The notes under the pieces are model-generated. The model saw nothing but the letters and a program-made list of their open reading frames with translations. It did not search any database and was not told the DNA's origin. From positions 13,888,001 to 13,952,000 of the forward strand of contig CP075494.1 in NCBI GenBank assembly GCA_021613535.1: a stretch of DNA of 64,000 nt. The letters run 5' to 3'. A program made the position numbers and the translations under genes. The stretch comes from Adineta vaga. Lineage: Eukaryota; Animalia; Rotifera. This document shows, piece by piece, positions 53,965 to 64,000 of this stretch (position 1 is the first letter of the stretch; each line of letters begins with the position of its first letter).

Positions 53965-56928
53965 TCACACAAGTACACTAAGCGAACAAAGTTGACACTG
54001 TTCAGAATTCATTGAAGAAGATGTATTCTGCAATGAATTATTATCAGTTTTTAGTGAACGACATGTTCGATGATGATTTTGTAGATTAAAATCATCATTT
54101 AAGATTTCTTGATAAATATGATAGTTTTGTCCGTGAATACTTGTTGAACCTGAATCAGTAGTTGAGGATGTTACACTACTATGATAATGTGTTGGACACG
54201 TACATTGAGTTGAGAAACTTGCTTGATAACTAATCGGTCTTAATTGGTGTTGTTGTTGTTGTTGAAGATGATGATGAGAAAGAGGAGGTGGTGGTGGTGG
54301 AGCTGGATAATAATGTTGTTGAGATTGATTCGACCATGGTATTGTATTTGTTGGAGTTGGACGAACTAGTAATGATTCACTTTTTGAATCATTATTTTGA
54401 TGATATTTCGATGAACGTAAATGACAAAATAATAAATATGGACAACGAGATATAATCAAAATAATACATGTTAATAAAACTAATACTAATAGAATGCCAA
54501 AAATCGATCCAATAAAGATACTTTTAGCTGGTTCATTCATATACCATGCTTGTTGTTGTTGTTGTTGTTCTCGTTGATTAGGATCAATAATTAATGAGGA
54601 TTTTAATATTTGAGTTGATGTTATTTGTAATTGTTTACAAAATTTTTCATAATTAGTCTTTCGAAGAAGATATAAACATATTTCACCTTGAGATATGTAA
54701 TCAATTGTATAATTACGTTGTAAATTATCAAGTAATTCACTCATTTTATAGATCGGACTATTTGTACTTATTTTAAAACCATTTATACCATGATGTTTGA
54801 AATATTTTCGACGATAATCACTGATAGAATTTTCATCGATTGTTGAAGGAAATAATTGCCATTGAATAAAAAGTTTCGAATTATCAACATTAGGTGTAAT
54901 AGTTATATCAGCTATTCGAATATGTTCTGAAGGAAATTTCTCAGTTGTTGCTGTTGTTGTTGTTGAAGTACTTGGAGATGATTCTTCTTGTCGTCGATCA
55001 AGCTTATTCACCAGCTTTTCAACACTAAAGAATACACAAATATTGATTTTTCTTTATTTGGAAATAAAACTTACATATTTATCACTGTTGTTTCTTTCTT
55101 CTCATCATCAATAATTGTTCTTGTTAAATAATTACATTGTGATGTAGTAAGTATACTACATGAAAATTGTTCATTAGGTAATTCATTTAAATTAACATTT
55201 CGTCGTTCGGGTGGTGATTCACATTGACCAGTAATTTTCATTTGTTTAAAATTTCGTTCCATTCGACAATCGCAGTGTAATGGATTTTGATCAAGTTCAA
55301 GTGTAAGAAGATTTGAATAGAAATTCAATGAATTCATCTCAATTGTACATAATTGATTACGGCGAAGAGATAAGATTTGTAATGTTTCATTAAGTTTTGT
55401 TAGAAGAGGAAATATTTTCAAACTATTATTTCTTAAATCTAGAAGAAGAGGAAAAAAAGAGAGAAATCTTCTGATGAAGATTGACATGAAAATTATTCAA
55501 TTACCAAGTGATTGTAAACGGGTATGTTGAAATGTATTCGAATCAATAACTTCAATCTGATTATCACGTAGATGAAGTCGTTCAAGTAGTGGTAAATTTG
55601 TAAAGATTTTCTTTTCAAGCTTAGCTCCTAAAAAATTTCCATCAAGATTCAATTGTTTCAATTTCGGAGCGTTAAATGATGATAATGTAGATAGAGAATT
55701 TCGATCGAGTTCGAGAAGTTCTAATGATGAAAAGGTATGTTTGAGTTTTGAAGATAATTTTGTTAATTTGTTCGAAGATAAAAATAATTTTTCTAGTTGT
55801 TCTAAACGTGTAAAAATGGATAAATCCAATTGATTTAAACGATTATTTTTCAAGGAAATAATTCGTAAGTTTAAAGGTAATTGTACTTGATTCAACGATT
55901 CTAAACGATTATAATCCAAATAGAATTCACGTAATTGATTTAAATGAATTAAAGATGTTAATAGTTTTTCCGTTATTAATTCATTATTTCGTAAATTTAA
56001 AATTTCAAGTTGAGGTGAAAATGATTCGAAGAGATTTTCATCAATTGTTTCAATACCTGAAAAATATATGCAAATAAACTTACAAAAATCAAAGATTTGA
56101 ACAAACCATTATAAGATAAATCTAGTTCGATTAATGAATTGGATGGAATTGAAATTGATGAACGAAGATTTAAATGTCGAATTTTATTTTTACTTAAAAT
56201 TAAAACTTTTAATTTTTTCAATGAAGTAAGAAAAGGAATGTTGAGATATTCCAAACGATTTTCCGATAAATCTAATCGTTCTAAATTGGGAAAATAATTT
56301 TGAAAACTTTCAATCTCATCCATCTGACTAATTGAACATGATTGTAGAGATAATTGTGTTAATTTTCTCAAGATTAAACTTTGATTTTGATTAGTCAATT
56401 CGGATAAATCAAATAAACGTAATGATAAACGTTTAAGATTAGGTAATTCAAAAAGTATTTGAAAAAATGTTTGAGATGTTAATTGTGATGTTCGAAGAGT
56501 TGTTGAAAGAATAAATTCTTCTAAATAATTAGCTAAATCAATAAATGCATTCTTATCAATACGATTTATTGGATTGGATTGTAATTCAAGTTTACGTAAT
56601 TTTAAACCATTAAATGCATTCTTATGTACAACTGATATTCGATTACCGGATAAAACAAGTTCATCAAATATAATATTGCCTAATAGAAAAGAAGAAGAAG
56701 AAGAAGCAGAGGAAAATAAATATTGAAAAATGCAAAGATTTTGTACGACTTACTGTTATTAAAATAAGGAATAGTTAATAATTGTTTTCGTGCACAATAA
56801 ATATAAACACGACCTGTTTCAGTTATTGCACATCGACATTTCGATTGAATATCAAATGGAATTGGACATGTTAGGATTGAATGGATTAAAATGAAAATGA
56901 TTAGATAACAAATATATTGATTAAACAT
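53965..56928 (-). CDS. Type I membrane LRR protein: signal peptide, LRRNT, many LRRs, LRRCT, FN3-like domain, TM, cytoplasmic tail
   Basis: Signal peptide then CP...CRC...IYC; repeated LxxLxLxxNxL; NPLHCDC...CESPPERR (LRRCT); TM IFIGSIFGILLVLVLLTCIILII; tail with HIYQEI. Confidence 0.88.
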
Positions 56929-59900
56929 GATTATCTAAAAATAAAAATACAAAATTTCGAATGAAATACAATGTTTCTCTTCTTAGATCCAACAATGATG
57001 ATGTTCGTTATTTATTACAGCATACTTAATCTTGTCATGTTTCTTTTTCTTTCTGCTCGTTCTCTTTCCGTATGTTACATGTTCACTAGTGATTATGAAA
57101 TAAGCAAGCCGCAGTGAAGAGTGCTTATTTGCATTAACAAGAGATGGATTTTGACACCACAAGCCTTGATAAGATGAAATACTAACGTTTGTGACTAATC
57201 TTGTTCGTCGTCTTCTCTCTCAAGAGACTCGTCATAGAACGATTGTTGCGGAAATCGAAAATGACAGTACCTTTAGTAAATTAGACGTATGCGAGTAAGT
57301 TGTGATTGTATGTTCAATTAGTAAGACAATAAATAATTCATCGAGAAGGAAAAGAAAAGTAAGGAGATGCGCGTGAGTGAATGTGTAATGTCCATCAAAG
57401 TGAATAATCGGTCAGCAAATGATTACATCATCGAATAGGCTTGAATAGATAAACAGAAATTTAGCGAGACAAAAATATACAGTTCTTTCTCTAATTATAC
57501 TGCAAGAAGAAAAAGAAGAAGGATGTCAATTATCTCTTTTTAGCAAGGAGAAAGAAGAAAATGTATGAAAGATATATCTTTATGAATGACATCTTCACAC
57601 TCGTGGTCAAGCGTTTTCTTCTTTTCCTTAGCCGAAAGAAGAAATGTGTTGACTAATGATGGCACTTTGGTGTGAAAAACGGGAAAGAATGCATACATAC
57701 ATATATACATACATAGAGAATGTCATTACGTGTAAAGAAGAAGAAGAAGAAGAATCTTTATTCTTTCTCGAGGGAAAGCGAAGAACAAGGAACAGCTGGA
57801 AATCAACTAAACTCATCTTGATGTGTTGATGACGTCCGATTCACCAGAGAGAAAGAGGGGAGAAAACGAAGACGAATTCGAAGAGTGTTGATCATTGTTG
57901 TTATTGTTGTTCTGCTTAGCAGGTGGTTGATTTATCTTACATAATATATATCTATATATTTTTCTTTGACGTTTTAACTACTGAGCCGTTACGAATAGAC
58001 ACAAATGTGTTGATTAACGAAGGTCTTTTTCTCAACAAGAAAATGATATGATAGATGTAAAAGACCTCGCCTTTTGTCTAATTTGTCCAATTATTATTAT
58101 TATTCGTCTTAGTATTTTATCTTTAGATAATACTATAATATTAAACTATACTCGAATTAATCAGTGATGAAGGTTCGTGTATTGTCTTACACAAGGAGAT
58201 TATTAACGTCAACTATTAACGTGTATTGTCTTTTTCTCTCCTGCTGTTAGACATTCATCTTAAGAAATGAAGATCACTCATAGTCAATCAGTGACAAGTA
58301 CCTACCGTGAACAAGAAGAAAAAAAGAAATGAATTAAATGATGACTAGCAGGACTAGTAGTTGTAGAGCAAAAGGTTGCATCATGTTAATCGAACTCGAC
58401 AATGATTGCACTCATGAAAGATAATACACTTTTCATTATCCCTCTATGTATTGTCTTTTGAATTAATTCGAAACGTATGTTTCTCTTCATACATGCACAC
58501 ACACACACACATATATGTATACTTTCTACTTACCTCTATTGTCATTCAATCGAAGAAGTCATTTCCGTTAATGATGACATAGAATGATCTATGTTTATAT
58601 ATATTTCTGAATGTATGTGAACTGCAAATGGTGTTAGCTATTCATTCATTCATTTTCATTTCCGTTTAATAATCATGATAATAGAAATTAACATGCGTTC
58701 ACACACGAGTCTTATGTCTAGTCAAATGTAGATTTTTCCAATAGAGATGCAATGTGAGAAGATGCCTGACCAGTGGTCCTATTCTAATCAAATTGAATCA
58801 CTAATCCTACATTGTCCCGACTGTGAAGTCATCGGATACTTACAGATAGAGAAGAAAAAGTCGGTCAGTTTCGATTTAATGAAGTGCAATAGTTATAGAA
58901 GAAGAAGAAAAAAAAGTAACAATCAGATATAAAAAAAAAGAAGAAACTTATAGAATTCGCATCATCTTCATGTGTCTTTTGAATAAGGGAATAATCAATA
59001 ACTTAGTCTACATCGGTCAACATGTCGCCTCTTTTTCTTCTTTCTTTTCGTTCGACATAGTCCTTGATTTTAATAGGTTTTTCATCGACTATTATTATAG
59101 CTTTTTACACACACATATATACACGTATAGTTTTTTCTTCTTTTTCTTTATAGGACCGTTCAATGTGTCTAATGTCTTTCTCTCTCTCTCTCTCTCCATC
59201 TCTTGTTCTATGTATATGCATATATTACCTATTTCTTTCTCAACGATGCGCGCAATCTGAATCGACTATGATTACTTTGCTTTTAAGTTTAGATTTTTTT
59301 TTTCTTTTGTCATTGTCATTGTCGTACGATTTAATTATTATTTTTTTATTTCATTCACTAATAGCTACCGTTAAAAATGAGACAGAGGAGGTCGACAATT
59401 GTTCTCTAATATGTGCAATATTCAGTCGACAAAGATTGTCTAATTATCAATTGCTTCTATACTTTGCCACCATTACACATTTTTTGATGACGTGTGAACT
59501 AGCAAAAGGTTCATTAGATGAAATTTTCAAGGTAAAACTAAGAAGAGAAATACTAAATATAACCTTCAAATTTGAATATAAGTTCTAATTGGATGTACTC
59601 TATATGATCATCTGCTCATTATGATTAAAAGCACGTTCTAACCTACTACTATACATACACTTGTTTAAACGATTTTCCTTTAGCCTTAACAGGATGTTTA
59701 TCATCATCGTCTTCGAACGTTTGTTTTGCTACATATTAATACAACAAAAAAAAAGAAGAAGAAACGAGCTGTGTTTAAGCCTTCTAAACAGATGTGTGTG
59801 TGTATACATTCATTACTCAACTATATTTATCTATTTTGTCAATAGAGATAAATAAGAGAAGAAAATCAATTTCGCGTTTTCTCTTCTTCTTCTTCTTTAA

Positions 59901-62900
59901 ATCAAATAAACTTACTCTTCGTTGTTCAGAGAAATTTGAAGCCGCTACTTTTCAAATCAACCCTTAGTCAATACATATAACAGACATTGAACGTATTTGA
60001 AATGATAATGGTGATCTCTTGTTGATATTTTGACGATTAAATTCGTCTCTCTATTGTTCTCTTTATCGTTTTGTTTGACCCGACAGAGACGTCTTCTAAG
60101 TGTTGAATCTACGATTGTTATTTACTTATGTAATCCGGTAACTACGATATCCAACAAAGACAAAAAAGAAAAACGAAAGGTTTTATTCATTGTATACATT
60201 AATTACTACTTGAGACATATCTTACATGTATTTGTATCTTTTGTAAAATGAACGAAAAAGTAAATAAAGAATTAATCGTGCGAAAGAGGAAAATCTGGGT
60301 AAGATAAATTTTTATGAACTTACTTTACTTTTTTCTCAAGAGTTCATGTGAGTTAATGAATGCATCAAATGATAGTTGAAGAAAAAGAAAAAAGAACGAT
60401 ATATAAGTATACACACGTCAAATCGAATGCCGTTCATTCATTGTTCTTCTAGTCGATGAATAGGTGCATATCTACAACTGATTAGATGCATATATTACAA
60501 TCGAAAGAAAACAACTTGGTTCAATATTCATCCTTGTCGATTTGATCAAATTAAACTGAAGTAAAAACCAAGTCGTACAAGTTAAATCATTGCAGAATAG
60601 AGTAATGAACATCTGTATATCAACGATATCAATTTCACATCATTTCTATCGTTCACAATAAGAACAGATTGTTATCAAAGAAAGACAAAAAAAAAGATAT
60701 GAGAAAATTCTTCACTTATTGCTTTCTGATAAGATGCGGAACTCGAAAGCAACTGTGCCGACAATAAGTCAACTAAACGAATGAGTTTACAGAAGATAAT
60801 GAATCAACAGAAGTCAAAACATCTCATAGGATTGACTTTTCTTGCTAGAGATAGGGAAGGAAAATACTATCGGTAGTACTTCATTTCCGTTTTGAAAAAA
60901 AAAAGAAAGAAAGAAAGCGTAAAGGAAACATATTCTTTGTTAGCGAGAGAACTGAAAACAATCATGTTCTTGATTTTCTTCTAGGATATGTCAACACTCT
61001 TCAATTAAGATAAAGATAATAAAATTTCGATAAAAATTATTTGCTAATACTTTTATCTCTTTTGGAGAGAATAAAAACAAGAAAGAAGGTTTTCTCTTTA
61101 GATGGAAGATGTATTGATTCAAATGAGAGAGATGTTAATCGGATACCTGCTGATCTAGTTGGAATATCATCAGAGATGTTTGCCATGAACTAGAGTAAGA
61201 ACATTAGTTAAGGAAACGAAGTATTTCTATTTCTATTCTGAGATTTTAGATAAACGATCTTATCATGCATAGGAATAGTAGTAATTCTATCGTTATTTCT
61301 TATTCATACTTATCAAACTATAGTAAAGAAAAAGGAATTTCTCTTTGTTTCTTCATCATTTTCTTTCATTGATTGACAACTGCACAGCATTTTCTCTTCT
61401 GATGAACTAAAGGAAACGAAGATAACACGCGTGTCTTCGAGTATTGTCTTATGTAATTAAGCGTGTGTTCGTCTGACCCCTTGCGGCATTCAATTGGATT
61501 AACCGTAAAAGATTACCGATTGACCATAGCTACTGTCTGTCTATGCATTCTGTTATGAACAAATATGTCATCGAAAATCGATTAGCGCATCGAGTGATTG
61601 TTTTTGTTAAGAGAAATGTATGGCAAGTGTACTTTCCTAACCATCTCATCATTACTGACAGAAAAACAATCTATCTTACAATCAATATTTGACGTTGCAG
61701 AAAATGTACATACTCAAATGAATGATAAGATAATGATTAAAAACGAATATTTCATGTGATCAACACAAAAAAGTCACATTATTCATGTCTTGTTTTTCTC
61801 ACTACTGATGAGTAACAGTCTATCACACTATTGTCTAAATGAAATTGACGGTTGTTATATACATAAATGATAGAATAATGTTCCTTCGGGATTATTTAGA
61901 GAGAAGTATATGAAAGAACATTATACATTGATGGCAAGAACTGGAAAAGGTCATTTATGTCTATAGACAAACACCCTTCTTCTAATGATCAGTCAATCTT
62001 TTCACCTTTGTTCTAACCTTCAGACATAAACCAGAAGAATACAAACACGTATATATATATATACATATTCATATGAATATATGTATCATAAAAACTTCTA
62101 CCTTCTGTCGCCCACTGGCTATTCTATGATGCAATCATTATTATTATTATTATCAAATGATAGTGATGATGATGATGATGATAGATTGATTAAAGAAAAG
62201 AATAAGGACAATCTGACACCTAGACATTTGCATGTTCATACATCAATGATGAACTTCAAAAAAAAAGAACCTTACCCGATTGTATAGTGTGATAATTTCG
62301 AAGGATGACAGAATTGTACTATAGCAGTAGTCGATTGCTTCTTGTGAATTATGAGTCCATTCCTTGTTTCTTTCTCTCATCCATCTATTTCTTCTCTCTC
62401 TCTCTCGCTTCCTTTCTATTGAGTATTGGCCATATTGATTGAACGAGCGTAAAGAGAAATACGATACTTCTTTTTCTCCTTCTATCACTTTCGTTCGTTT
62501 CTTTCTCTTTTACTTGTATTCATAGATCCACGTGCCAATTGATGGGTCAATAATGCAGATGTGAACATCAAGATTTTCCAATTGTAAAAACAAAAAAAAA
62601 GAAAATAATTTTTTTTTCTAATTAAAAATCTCTGTGGGATATTATTTATATTTTCAATAATGAGATTTTAGTTAGAAAACAAAAAATTTACTTGTTCTCT
62701 CTCTCTTACTCTTAACTATACTCATAGACGAATAACATTTGTTCACTTACTCTCAATTTCCATAGACAAACATGATGTATAGGTTTTTGTTGTTGTTGTT
62801 GTTAGCTTAAATTTCAAAAGTCTATTCATGCATTAAACGAGTCTCAAGTAGATCGCTGATAAGTTCAAAACAGGTTCCTTTTCTTTCTCTTGTGTATAAA

Positions 62901-64000
62901 AGATCAAACGAAAGAATACAGAATTGATTTGATTTTATGCATCATTACATATGTAGTTTTTCTTATTTCTTATATAATCTTGAAAAAACGACATATGTTT
63001 CGAAAGAAAAAGTAAATCTCAGATAAGAAATAAACATCGAAAATAATGCATTGATCAAATTAGTAATTGATCATTCTTTCAAGGATCTCTCTCGTCTGCT
63101 AAATGGATGCTCAAGTTGATCAAATGTGTACGTATGCCCAAAGGATATATTGAATTAAAAGAACAATAATATTCATCGTTTATTTTTCATCTGTGTGATA
63201 AATTTTTTTTCCCGCTGATTGTTGTTGGTACTTTTGCGTGATCACTCGTCAGACCGATACGGTGACACATGTTTGTGTTTGAACACCCACCGCCTGTCTC
63301 GACGTTTGTCACCGTTTGTGTGTATGTGTGTGAGATTTTATATTCATTAAATATAAAGACAACTCCCTCTAGTGAGAAATGAAGGGCAAGACGCGAGTGT
63401 AAATTCATATGTATTCAAAAAGGTAATCGTTTGACGAACACTCATCACATTGAGAACAATGTCCAAGTAGCCTCTCTATATTCTGTTTTACAAGTACATA
63501 GAGAAAGAGAGAAAGAATAGAACATACTTGAGAATAAATGTGAACTGCATCGATCATTATTAAAAACAGTGAAGGAATCGATGCTAATTTGATGGGAGAA
63601 CGCCCTTTTTTTTGGACTCTAACTAAGACATGCAATTCGAAATCATTTAATCATTTCTTTTGTTTTCTAGAAGATTGTACTGAGAAAGATTCATGCATAT
63701 CCAATCATGCGAGTGACGACAACGATAAGGATAAATTGGTGATGCAGGTCGGCGACTTGTACTCATCACTCGAAAAGAAAAAGCTTCCGGGTACAAAAAG
63801 CATCTATTAATGAATCAAGACTATCTTTTGTCAGATACTTGACCGAATAGATATATTCTAAATCAAGAGAACGAATGACCGTCTGTTCGATGTTTTGTCA
63901 ATAAACACGTCTGAATGAACTGATAGAAAAATTGACAAGTGAATATATGACAGGATGTTGACCATATGACTTGCATTGCCAATAGAGCATAACAAAGAAA

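Noticed and set aside
58747-60251. Several hydrophobic ORFs
   Set aside because: Derived from CT/T-rich microsatellites, with no exon structure or homology cues.
63589-63810. Possible terminal exon after ttttctag at 63670
   Set aside because: No upstream partner exon or recognisable domain. Unsupported without RNA data.

Overview
AT-rich (roughly 70% AT by eye) eukaryotic genomic DNA with many 50-65 nt GT-AG introns. Intron size, gene density and lineage-expanded families (ARM-TIR-SAM, ADP-ribosyltransferase, F-box/LRR-like, B-box/propeller, CPCS-motif membrane proteins) suggest a bdelloid rotifer; this is inference. The ORF track splits most genes into exon fragments, and I reassembled them by reading splice sites. 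Conserved genes: BRAP, N4BP2, UBE2K, DIRAS, ZDHHC17/13, VPS26, NOB1, a SAC3/GANP protein, DHRS7-like, PRC1, MAF1, C7orf57-like and an LRR transmembrane protein. Accessory content: an ARM-TIR-SAM protein ending in a CaaX box, an intronless fungal-type CsbD-like gene (candidate horizontal transfer), a degenerate triple-KH protein, a cluster of decayed genes at 11-16 kb, a PPWD1-type cyclophilin pseudogene and a 619-bp foldback MITE. Main leads: (1) the prenylation-tagged ARM-TIR-SAM protein with the predicted TIR catalytic Glu; (2) a co-oriented gene run at 35-48 kb with gaps down to 63 bp and splice acceptors just before start codons, a candidate trans-spliced operon; (3) a recurring CTCF-like TAGATGGCRC motif upstream of gene starts; (4) the fungal-like stress gene. 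No rRNA, tRNA or CRISPR was recognised. All homology calls are from memory of motifs, not from searches.
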